NCBI GenBank assembly: GCA_030704615.1
Contig: CM060732.1
Coordinates: 51,832,001 to 51,896,000, forward strand
DNA: 64,000 nucleotides
From: Takakia lepidozioides
Taxonomy: Eukaryota > Plantae > Bryophyta
Direction: 5' to 3'
The position numbers were made by a program, and so were the translations under genes. This document shows positions 12,039 to 24,050 of this stretch, piece by piece (position 1 is the stretch's first letter; every line of letters begins with the position of its first letter). The notes beneath the pieces were generated by a model. It was given only the letters and a program-made list of their open reading frames with translations. It was not told where the DNA came from and did not search any database.

Positions 12039-15000
12039 CTAAGTGGATGTTGGCCTTTCCCAACTAGTCTCTGATGTGGTCAGATTTCCATAATAAACTT
12101 CTGCTGACTCGCTGTCCCAAAATGCCTGCAACCAATTCCCAACAGTCCACAGATTACCCCCGAGACTGGAGCCAATGTAGGCTTGCGTGCCAGATGAGGT
12201 GAATTACCTGTCCAAACATCTATCCAAGGAATACTAAATGGAAAAACACAGAAAAAACAACCTGACAAATTCCCTACTGATGCAGCAGGTTACAGCAGAC
12301 GAAAAAAACAAACATGATAACACCAACAGGTTATCATTGCAGTACGGGGATATATTTTACTTCTTAAGTACCTGCCATCCAGAAGGAAGATCCTTTGATA
12401 GCTCCTTCAAGTCTGGTCTCTTTTGAATTGCCTCATTCATAGATGAAGGAACTTCAGCTGATACCGACTTCGTTCCTCCACTGGCATCTGACTCATCTAT
12501 TTTGGGTTCAGCTTTCTTAGCTCGCTTCACTCGTTCCCTCCTGCCAATGTTAAGGACAACATTTTAAGCTCACTAAGCCAAATCAAACTAAAGGCATCAC
12601 TTTAAGCACAAATAATCAACTCAAGCATACACAACTAGTGAGGCTGTTCGCCATCAAGGCAGTTTATAAAATGTTACCTGACACAAATAAACAATCAGTT
12701 ATAACAGCATGCGTCGCTTGTCTCGTGCAGTCAGTTGAACAGAGTGCCTGAGAGCTATTGGCTTCATGCTGTTCACTATCTCTACACTATGTTCACTGAC
12801 TGGTGAATGTGCAGAATCCTTTATCATGCCACCCAGATTCACAAGCAACAGACAATGCACACCATAGCCTCTCCTAGACACCGACATCCAACCAGATGAT
12901 TAGTACAGAAAGTGTACCAATCCAAGGTGCCAAGAGGTTGAAAGTTGGCATTCTCCAGGGCACCACCACTTGCAAGTTGTTGAATACGCCACTCCTGAAC
13001 ACAAACAATTCTGGTGAGTTACTGGAGCTACTCAAAATCACCTCTCCTTGCAGTTGCCAATGTTTGTAGCTCCATGTAAGCAAACTGGTCTATTGAATAT
13101 GCCACTCCTGAACACAAACAATTCGGTGAGTTACTGGAGCTACTCAAAATCACCTATCCTTGCAGTTGCCAATGGTTGCAGCTCCATGTAAGCAAACAGG
13201 TCTATCTATGCTTTACCTCAATCTCCTTCTGCCGCTTCTTTTCCAAGGCTTCTATATCAAACAGGGCCTTGTCCTCATCTTCGTCCTCACTCGGATGTAG
13301 CTCCTCTTTTGCAGCCAGCCACTACCACACACAACAGATTGTATCCTACTCAGAACTCTCACCCTACTACATGGCAGCAAACAGCAACTATCATACCTCC
13401 TAATGGGATTGTCATCTAGTTTCAAAATGACCAAATAGACCCAGGCGAGCCATTGGCAAATGGAAGACCCTAGCAAAGAATCACACATCATTTCATACTT
13501 TGTAATCTAGCACTAATCACTCCACAGTGTATCTTGTGTACTATTAAACACTGAGTGTCCCATACTTACAGCAGTCAAGGAACACACCTTATTCACCATC
13601 GATGACACCTTCTTGTTAGCCCGTAGTGAGGCAGCCACTGTCAAGCTGTGAGTTCGTTTCTTTCCACGTACAGCTGCAAGAACACACAACAAGGTTTCAG
13701 ACTTGAATGCAAAACAGTGCAAAAGACTCGTCGATCGCAAATTGTACGAAGACCAAAATAAAGACGTTGACTGCTAACTGACCTTTTCCAGTTTTCTTAG
13801 AGGTGGCATCGGCCATCACTGCTGTGCTGGCTATCATTGTCGCTACCAGAGCTCCATTACTGGAAGGTGATGCATAAGGTTGTTTGGCACTTTCCAATTC
13901 AACATCATCCACAATCACCTCTGAGCTATCTGCATAGACACTTCCTTGAACCTCAGCAGCAACTTGTGTAACCTGACTCATTGAGTTGTCCGCGGGATAG
14001 AAGCTTGGTCCTGGCAACAATGACGAACTAGCAGATACTTCCATGGTGTAAGGGTGAGAGGGAGGGGGAGAGGCTGAGGGCAAGGGGCTGGCTTCAGGCG
14101 AAGGTGGAGGGAAGGGGGGAGGTTCCTCTGGGGGAGGGGGCGGAACTAACTCGGTATCGGGTGGTGGGGGCGGTGCCCACTCATCATCTGGGGGAGGAGG
14201 GGGAGGCCAAATTGGAGGAGCACAAATTGCCAATGGAGCTGCAGCCACAGGAGGGGGAGGGATAACTGGGTGGATAAGGGGGATATAAGAGACCACTTGT
14301 GGCACAGGATAGCTGTAACTGTATGAAGGAAGATGCATTACTCCTCCCATCGGCTGAAACCCCACAGATGGTGACACATCTGTAGGTCTCCTGGGGACTC
14401 CATCATCCATTTCCATATCAACCTCCATGTCGACATCCATATCTGTATCCATAAGGCCAGCATCTCCGCCACTTTCCAGCCCTTCAACTGTAGCTTTCAG
14501 GTCAACCTCACCATTATTGGAAAGCTCATTTTTCTGCCATCGGGTGTGAGAAGGGGAAGACAATGGAGACCTTTGTTGTTCCTTCTCTAAACCTGTTCCC
14601 GTCTCCTCATCCGATTGTGAAATTTCACCCTCCTCGACATCCCTAGTAGTGTCTGCATGAGCAGTCAGAACTGGTGGCCGTAGCTCTCGAAACCCATGAG
14701 GTCTCTTCACCAAAGCAGTTAGTTTTGCACTCTTTCCCTCTAGCGATAAATCACTTTGGGACCTTTCAACCACTTCAAGCAACTTATGTTGCTCTGCCTC
14801 AGCTGATGCCACAGCTTCTTCCACAGACAGTATTGCTTCCAGCCGCCTCAATTGGGATGCCGTGTGGACCCAAAACTGTTCCTCAAGATTGCCATGTGAT
14901 GCCAGCACTCTGCAGTCTGAGAGCCTTACCTCTGCCTCAATGGCAAGGCGCAACCGCAGGGGAATTGCCCGCAAAGCTTCTCTGTGAATAAGAAAACAAA

Positions 15001-18000
15001 CACTGACATCAACATTTTACTACAAAGCCAAAATGTCTAGTGAACATGCTTAGTTCTATGTGAACAAGGATACACCAGCACTGTCTCAATTGCACCTACC
15101 ACAGAAGCTTGTATTAGGTAACTTCAGAAGATCTGTACTGTGAGTCAACTGAAGTAGATCTGCTATTCATAAGGACGAATTGTCAGCCTACCACGCATAC
15201 ACCAAGGGTATCTCAAAGCACCAAAAGCACGACAAACAAGCTTCAAGCTGCAGAAGGTAGTCATACCCAGCCAGGACTTTGAACCGGTGCTCCAATGTCT
15301 CTCCAATATGTAGAATCTGCTTCACATCTTCCATTGGTAGCCGGTCTGCGATACCTTCAGTTTCTGCAATTCCCCCATAATTTTCTATGAACCAAAGCCT
15401 GCTTCTGATTGAATTGGAAAGTGTTCATCAGAGCTATTGAAGGGCATATCAAATTGAAAAGATTACCGACGATAGCTTGGCTGCTTAAGAGTAAGTTAAC
15501 CTTCACTTCACTCCACTCCATGAGGATCCCTCGACATGAAAGCCATGTACATTGGGGCTGCGGTACAGAAATTCCAGGCCCAAAATGGAAAGGAGTGGAA
15601 GTGACACATGATTAATGTTCAGAATCATTTGAAAATCGATGAGAGAATGTGCTGATAATGCATTGTTTGCCGTAGCTTTGTAGCCATAGACCTGCACCGA
15701 GTTTGGGCTGAGTGAGAGAGTATGTGTGTGTGAGAGAGAGAGACAGAGAGCAAAGAAACTGAAAATGCCTTCAATCACTAGATTACCCACCTGGACAATC
15801 GGGAGTTGTTGACTGCGCCTGATGAACACTCGGAAGAGTGATCCCTGCCTTTGCTGGCAAGATATTTACTGCTACATGAGAGCAATTTAACATGCCATCC
15901 TTTTCTGCACCATGGGTACTCATTTGTACAGTGAGAGTCTTCTCACTTTCAAGTTCATGCATGCCATTCTCTTCTCCTATAACCTCCTCTTCACCATCTT
16001 CCTGATATTCAATTTCTGTTACATGAGGGTCAGTTACTCCTGGCTCTTCCTCTCTTTCACACTGTGCCTCTGTTTCGAAGTCCAGCTTGATATCAACATC
16101 CTGCTCTTCCGCCGGTTCTAAATGTAATTGCAGACCTCCCTCTGTTGCAGGCTTAGACTCTGGCTCGCCCACCTGTTCCTGTGACTTGAGTTCTGATAAT
16201 TGTTCCATTCCCTGCTCCACTTCAGGCAATGGTTCCTCACCCAATTCTGTGGGGCATTGCACCTCTCTAGCCTTCAGTTGTATCTCATAATCTAGAAGTG
16301 CTGCAGGCTTCTCCCACGTTGTCTCACCAGTTTGCATATTCCAGTAATAATATTCTCCACTTTCCTCATACAAAACTGCTTCCCACCCACACTCAATGAT
16401 ACCTTCCTTGGGGTCCAACAGTATAGGTGCCACACATTCTCCATCCCTGTCTGTTGTGGATGGGACAGAACCACTCCGAAGTGATTCTGTATCCTCATCT
16501 CCATCGATACCGTTTGAAATGGTCTTCTCCTCTTTCTCATGACCTTCAGTCTCTGAGGATAGAGATACTGTTACCTTGTCTCCTACCGTCTTGGAACCAT
16601 CCTCCCCCGTTCCATCCTCCTCCTTCAACAGCCCACTCGTTTCCAAGTCGGCAAGGAAGTTGGCCACCTTCACAGACAAAGTTTGACTTGTAAGCAGAAA
16701 AGTTCCTAGGGAGTACAAACAATCACCTAGTCACCTTAGTGAACAATCTGATCCTGTACACAAGGCTGTAAAGAGACCAGCCTGTAACCAACTGCAACAT
16801 ACAGTGGCCATACCTGTTCATCAACATGAACCGAGGCCGTGACATCCCTAGAACCCAGCTTCTTGGTACCATTTGCAACAGGAGGTTGAATCTCTTCATC
16901 TCCATCGTCGTCACTGTACTGTCCGAGCAGCGACAAAGGATTTTCCTGCACGGTGCCTGCAAAAGACAACAGCCTTATGAGCAAACTAAAAGTAACAGCT
17001 CATGACTGAGAGGACAGCTTCAGCCATGTTCCAGCTGGCGGAACCCCTTTTGCTCCTTATCTCGAGGCTCGCATTATGGTTTCTAATATAATCCCCCCTT
17101 AATTTCCATCCTGTGATGGATCCTACTATTTATCACAAAAGAGAGTGGGACCACATGCCTTTGCTGAGTGCAGATGGCATCCTGGATACCACATCAGATA
17201 GGCCATGAGACACCTGACACCACAATAAGAGAAGGGGTAGGGTTTACAAACCAAACAAAGCTAGAATCATACGAACCGAGTGCTGCCGGTCTGCAATCTC
17301 TCGCCCGCGCTGGTTCATTGGACGTAGCCAGCTGGCCCGACAACTGACAAAGAAGAGGCCTCAACAATATCTGATTCAACATTCCCTGCTGTGCTTGGGC
17401 GCCCAACTGTTTGTCCCCAACATAAGACAGAGCCAACCTAGAGGCCCGATAACCACTCTCTCAAGCCAAATCACATCGGCTGAACCAAGTTTGTGAAAGT
17501 TCCCTTCGGACAAATGCCCTGGCAGACATACTCTTGCTTGCAGGACCACCATGAGGGCAAGCCCGGTGAACCCACCTGGTAGGGACGGTGGAGAAGGGCC
17601 TTCAACGCTACCAACAGCATTTAACTCATCTCCAGCCTCCTGTGCTGCAGTGCCAGGCACCATCCCTGCAAGACCCATCTCCCCAAAGAATAATCTTTAG
17701 GCACTACTATGGCGTGTCGTGGTCATGAAATACAAGAGAAAAAGAGAAAAAATTCTGCAGCATCTATGCCACTGATGCAGTATTCAGCAACAACACACTC
17801 TACCTACCGGGCATCATGCATGCATATAGATCCAGCAAGGAATTTGAAACGTCAGTTCAGCCTAGATGTACAATTAGCATCATAATCCCAATCCCAGCAA
17901 ACTCTTTTTGATTACTTCATATCTCGTGCAGGAAAAAGCGGCCCATACAAGTAAGACACTGGTTTTCTTTTCATGCCAAATAAACTATGTGGATCACACT

Positions 18001-18662
18001 AGCAGGAAAAAAAAGTTAGTGAGTTCCGTGGAGTATTGGAAAAATCACACCAGCACGGCTTCGTTAAAGCACGACATAAACCTTGAGACCTACGTCACCA
18101 AAAAGGCCACTCTACATGCATACCTTGTACTAAGAGGGCTCCTCACTATCATCATACAATGAAAATACCACCAGGTGGCAGCTAAATATACCGTGACGTG
18201 GTTACTTGTGCCAGATAATCGAGATCATGTTCACTATGCGAGAAAGGTTTCACGATGGCGCATCCTTTCTACTTATTACTTCAGGGAAGACAAATCAATG
18301 AAGCAGAAAATCTTTGAAAGTGTTCTTAAGCATATAATATTTCAATTCTCCTAGTTCCAGTAAAGAAGGATCGTTTGGACACTTTCCAAGAACATGTGAT
18401 TGCTGCAGCAGAAGAGGCCAAAAAGCTCCGGTCAAATAAGTAACTGGTCTACATTTCAAAGATTGAAAAACTCGGCAACAATGATAAAACTTGAGGAGCA
18501 TGATACAGAAACAAATCGTAACATCTGCGACTAGTGACAACGTTAACACGAACCTTTGGCCACACTTTCGCCGGGATCATCGTCCTTCCATAGGTCAAGT
18601 TTTACTCTGCGACCACCCCCTCCGAGAAGTCCCGCATGCCTACGATCTCTCCTCTTTCCCAT
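12039..18662 (-). CDS. FNBP4/At3g13225-like WW-domain protein, multi-exon
   Basis: N-terminus MGKRRDRR..GRRVKLDLW; NPLSLLGQYSDD; WW1 GWEAVLYEESGEYYYWNMQTGETTWEKP; poly-Pro tract; EKKRQKEIE-EWRIQQLASG..NANFQPLG; WW2 LPSGWQ-AFWDSESAEVYYGNLTTSETSWERP*. Confidence 0.9.
12980..13205. repeat. 113-bp tandem duplication spanning an intron/exon boundary of the WW gene
   Basis: Two near-identical copies of GAATAYGCCACTCCTGAACACAAACAATTC...CTCCATGTAAGCAAAC offset by 113 nt. Confidence 0.9.
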
Positions 18663-19376
18663 TTCGCTCTCCTGTTTAATCAGCTCCCTCGAGGCCGCAC
18701 TCGGAGAAGACGTTCTGCTTCAGGCATCCTACACCGTCACACTAGTCACTACACTCAAGCACAACTTCAAACTGACCTTTCTATCATACTTAATTCCTCC
18801 ATGTCCCTCTTCCTAACTCTCAATCACTGCCTCTCGACGAGCACGCCTTAGATCGGCTTGGCGAGGGGGAGTAGCAGCGAGGCCACCTTCCTAGGGTTTG
18901 GGGCTGCGCGCAAGAACTCGGTGCTCACGCTCTCGGGCGCGCGGAGAGATGAACACACTCTACGGATGAAAAGCTCCATGATATGGATGAACGATCATAT
19001 GGATGAACAAACCTGCATGTAACGTGTTTTCTTGAGATGAAACTTGGATGAGATATGATTCGTTCAGTTAAAAATGGTGGTAGGACTAAATTAGGAACAG
19101 CGACGAAGGAGACGAGCAGTCGCATGTCTGTGGACAATTCTGCGGCAGTTGCCTGCGACACAACCTTCCTGGAGGTAATCCTTCTTACAACGTAGCCAAT
19201 GGGAGAGGGCCACCGTGACTGTGTCTGTGTCTGTCGCGCTCCGTGCGGTGCTCTGGTCTGCTGTGCAGTGCAGTGGAGTGCAGGGATGGCGGAGAGGAGT
19301 CGAGGAATTGTGCGGAAAACGAGCAGAGTGTGAGAGAAATGCAGGAGCTGTTTGTTGCGGGCTCGCCTCCGCAGCG

Positions 19377-19800
19377 ATGGGAAGAGCCCTGGAGGATTGC
19401 AGCATCCACTCGATCACTAGTTGCAGTTTGAGCAATTGGAGCAGCATGAGCCCGCCATGGACGTGCTCCTGGACCAATTCTTGAGCATACCCTCCTGGAC
19501 GGAGATTGGGGGTGCTGGGGACTACAGTGCCATTAATTCCCCCGCACCGATGCAGATGGGTGCAGCGCAGAAGGGATTCTCCATGTCGTTGATGCCCCCC
19601 CTGGTTTCCGTGGAGGGGCATTGGAGGTGGGCGGACCTGGTGGAAATTGCGTGGAGGGCGCACTTTTGATGGAGGATGACATGGGGCAAGCCCTGCAGCT
19701 TTTGTTCGGTCAGGGGCATGGTTCTTATGCCGGTTTCCCTGGCCACTGCCATATCCACTTACAACAACTCCCATCCCTCCAGGAGGCTCACAATCCGCAG
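19377..19800 (+). pseudogene. LRL-class bHLH gene remnant with no bHLH domain
   Basis: N-terminal motif MDVLLDQFLSIPSW. LRL-domain motif LMEDDMGQALQLL..QG / LMPVSLATAIS is split by a frameshift. No HLH sequence lies between them. Confidence 0.7.
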
Positions 19801-21334
19801 CAAAGGGAGATGGTAACAGACAGTGGCTGAGCGCTGTGGGCGCTGACAGGCTTGCTAGTTATGAGCCAGGCAACATTGTCCCATCAATGGCTGGCAGAAG
19901 CAGTAAGGATATCAGGGAGGCTGAGAAAGCTCATGCTGCCACAGGAGCTTCAGAAGGGGAGAAGAGTGATAATTGTCCAGGGGGGGGTGAATGATTTCTG
20001 CAGGCTTGTGTTGTCTGAGTCAGGTATATTTCCCTCTGCATTTTGTATTTTGGAATCACATTTGATGGTGGAGTCGTTCTGATATTTCATGGCGTCCGTG
20101 ACTTCACCTGGGCAATGCCCAACTCATCTAAGGGGTCTGGACTAATGGTGCGCAGAGATATGTTTAATGGTCTTGCACAGTGATGGGGCCCAGAAGGCTA
20201 TCCTAGTTCTTCCAAACCCTACCAATTGCTTTTAAGGATAATGGAGAAAATATGAACCAAATATTTGAGTGCAACCCATTACAGTATAAAACAGGTTGAT
20301 GTGTTCTATCTTTGCCTAAGTTCCTGCCCTTCTATGTAGGGGGACTAATGTTGATAAGGGATTACACACAGAAGAGCTTTGCAGCAGCCTGCCATGGATT
20401 TAAGAAGGACCAAGAGTCTTACTTGATGGGTGAGAGGAAAAGCCTGCAACTGAAAGCAATTCCTTGACTTTCATGAGTGCAGAAAGGATTTACATTTCCA
20501 TTTAAGCTGTAACACAGCACAGTTTCTCTTTCCCAGCATCATCCTGCACCACCCTCCTCACCCTACTCCTCAAAACCTATAGGATCTCACAAATCCTCTA
20601 CACTGAAGAACTGAGAACCAACCCAATGGACAGTCCCGAAAAGGTGGGAATTCCAATCACCCCTGGAGTGGATGTCGTATCTTGCACCCAGATATGTAAA
20701 ACGAGGAGACTGGAAGGACCTTATAAAAATCATACAGGAAGGACTGATTGCATTAATTGGAAGACACCACATCTCCGCATACCTACAGTTGTAGTTCGCA
20801 GCTCCTTGCCAGAGAGCTGCTGAAGATCAGGCTCAAGCACAATCCACTAGACCACTGTTGATGCATGCTGTTGCCCAGCATCCTCTCCGGTGTCTGCCCC
20901 CTCTAACAGCACCAAGTGTTGTCTGGATTGTTGTTCCAGCAATCTGTAGGTCGCCTCATTTGGGAGGACATTATCAGTTGTTGTGACAGTAATCATGTCA
21001 TCTCCCTAATCTCACTTGATGCTTCCATTCAATCCAATAATCCAGTAAGTTGACCCTCCGTATTGTCTTCACTGTCCCCAACAAACACCCCCCATTTGCT
21101 GCCTCTGTTTCCTTCCATGAATGCGAGACCAGATGAGCAGCCAAAGAATCCTGACTACATTTTACTTAAGAGGGCACAGAGGCCTCAGCATTTTATTAGA
21201 AAATTGAAAACCACAACGAGCAAAGAAAATGTTCTACTCCCTAAAGCTTATATCATGGATGAGGGCACTGCCGGAAACTGAGGCTAAGTCCGCAGTAATG
21301 AACTAACCCATGATAGTCAACTAATACATCGCGA

Positions 21335-23339
21335 TCACTCTAGAAAATACTCTGATTTCAAATTGCATTGGGTGATGAAATCAGTGGGAGGGTCGAGATA
21401 TTGTCCTGTTAAAAAAGATTTTGCTACAATCTTGTAGAATGATTCAGTAAAGTGAATCCCATCCCAAATAATATATTTGGTGGGATCCCGAGATCTGTAG
21501 GTGTCCAAATCCACAGTTTTCCCTTCAAATGTTCCGTTCTTTCCGCACGTCACAACCTTGTTGAAATTATATGGATGCCCATATCCGCAAGCTGCCTCAA
21601 AAATGTTCTCTTTTGGAAATCCTGAAGACACAAACGATAGGATTATAAGTCAGTCAACAAAATCGAAATGTATGAACTCCTGATTAAGCAAAAGCAGACT
21701 AATTTACTAAAAACAAATGTTGTTATAATCCATAGAAAATAAAATTTGCATTTAATTATGATTATTACATTTGGATCTTACCATATTGTTGTGGGCTTTT
21801 GATGATGTCAAAGTTGATATCATAGTAACCACCAAAATGAAGTGTAATTCCTGGCAATCGCCGACGCAAGTCTTTAATCATTCTTTCCAATCCGCGGTTG
21901 TAGGCTTTGACAACTTCATTGTGCGGGATCAAGCATCCATACTCATCTCTGGAAACATTGTCATTGCCAAAATTCGAAAGGAAAAATGCAGCGCATCCTT
22001 CTGCTGGGTTGTTGAAAATAAAAAAGTTTCGAGCTCCGGTATTATATAGAGTCTGCAGTCACAATTATAACAAGTAAATTTAGATGACAATTTAGATTTT
22101 TGTGATACACTGCTCTTTGTTACAATGGTTCTGATTCGATTTAGATTGAAAGTATCATTGGCTCTCTAAAATTGAAATGACAATTATTAACACTTTAATA
22201 ATATTATTTAAATGAAAACATTATACGAATTATACAATTGAGAAACCTACCTCTGTAGCAGCTGAAATTGCTGCCACTGATTCGGGTACAGTAAATTCAG
22301 TGACGTTTGCAGGTGCTATGTTTCGTAGGTACTGATACGAAAAGTCGTTGCCTCCCGCATGGATAACGTATAATCCACTGTCATAGGCTTGTGGTGTGGG
22401 TTGTAGTTCTTTCGCTAGTTTTGCTGCCCATGGAAAACATGTTTTAGATCATGAGTTTCAAAAAAGATATACCACATTATAGATGAGTTCTTCAGATATC
22501 AAAGTATGTAATGTTGAGCAGATGTATTAAAACTTAATTGGAAACTTTCTGGGACAGATCCGTTTATGTTATATCAGTGACAGGTTTATATAAGTAAATT
22601 AACTATAATGTCCAGTTTTAGCAGGAAAACTTACAATTTGCATTAGATTTGAAATCCAAAAATTGCTCCACTTGCAACTCCAGATGATACGGAACTATAT
22701 AATCTTCATTTCGTGCGGTGGCTCCGGCGTATGCAAAATTTATCCCATGACGAAAATCGGGTTTCGTAACATTTGTAATATATGCTTGGATGGGGGTGAG
22801 AAATGGAAATCCAAGTGCGTGAGCTGTTTTTCCGCATTAACCACATCATCAAACAATTACATTACTGAAGATGGTTCTCAATCAAACTAAACATACTTGA
22901 AACCTGTCTGGAAAGTTATAGACTTGCTAATGTCATTAAAAAATAAAAATAAAACTAAAAATCAGCAAATTTCAAGAATAGAACAATATTGACGTGTTGG
23001 CAAAGGTATCATGCGAATCTCATTACACTGGAAATGAAATCTCATGGTCTGAAAAGCCAGGAGACGCTTACCTATGAAGTCAATCACAAGACGACCGTTG
23101 GAATAACGGCCAGCAGGGTGTCCATAAAAAGTTTCTCCATAAGGTCTATTCAAATGTAGTAATTCGTTTGATGGGAATGCTAACTGGTCATTCCCCGTAT
23201 CGGAAAGTGAGTCGCCGAACATAAACAAAGCACCTGATGGGCAAGCCGGTTTGACATCCCTGATGGATCGAGCATGTACACTCCAAGTTGTAGCTAAAAG
23301 TACCACCAAAAATAGCATCACGGGACACATGATGCCCAT
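21335..23339 (-). CDS. Secreted GDSL esterase/lipase, 5 exons
   Basis: Signal peptide, FGDSLSDTGN, GRYSNGRLVIDFI, GINFAYAGA, GGND, WDGIHFT. Exons checked splice in frame. Confidence 0.92.
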
Positions 23340-23822
23340 TGTTATAAACACTAATCGCACCTCAAGACACCCAAACTCCAAAACTATCGCGCACAGAAGA
23401 CCATAAGGAGACAATTTTGTGAGAGAGATACGACCACAAAACAAAACACAAGGAACTTAACACAAGGAACTTGCTTGGTCCGTGTATGATAGAGAGAGGC
23501 TTAAGCTCACCCCTCATTATATACCTCTGATCTTGGCTCTTTTACTTCACCTAAAGTATCAGTTTTGCCGCTTTTTACTAAATAAAAAGATAGAGTTGAA
23601 AAAAGATAAGCTTTATTTTTAAAAATTACTCCGTATCATGGAAAAAGATTGAACAACACGCTGACGGATTCCAAAAGTATGCTATTTCGGTTTGGGTGAT
23701 TAGAAAAAGAAACTGAGAGTAAAGTTCGTTTACAAAAAGAACCTTATGTAAAAGTATACTTTATCAGTCTGGAACAGTAAGGAACTAAGGTAGGACTAAG
23801 GTAGGACTCGTCTCTGGCAAAA

Positions 23823-23960
23823 GCTCGAGGAGTCGAGACGAAAGATGGACGACGTCCATTGAACGGAAAAAGTCGTCCACTGAAGGGCTCGAGGAGTCGA
23901 GACGAAAGAGAGAGGAAAGATGGACGACGTCCATCGAACGGAGAAAGTCGTCAAGTGAAA
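23823..23960. repeat. Two-copy ~65-75-bp tandem repeat between the divergent GDSL and FKBP genes
   Basis: GCTCGAGGAGTCGAGACGAAAGA...TGGACGACGTCCATYGAACGGA..AAAGTCGTC occurs twice. Confidence 0.8.
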
Positions 23961-24050
23961 GGACGACAGCGGACGCTAGCCCCAGGCAACCCTGAAGACA
24001 CACACCACGGCACCACGCACTTCATTCGCTTTATCTCGGGAAGGAAAATA

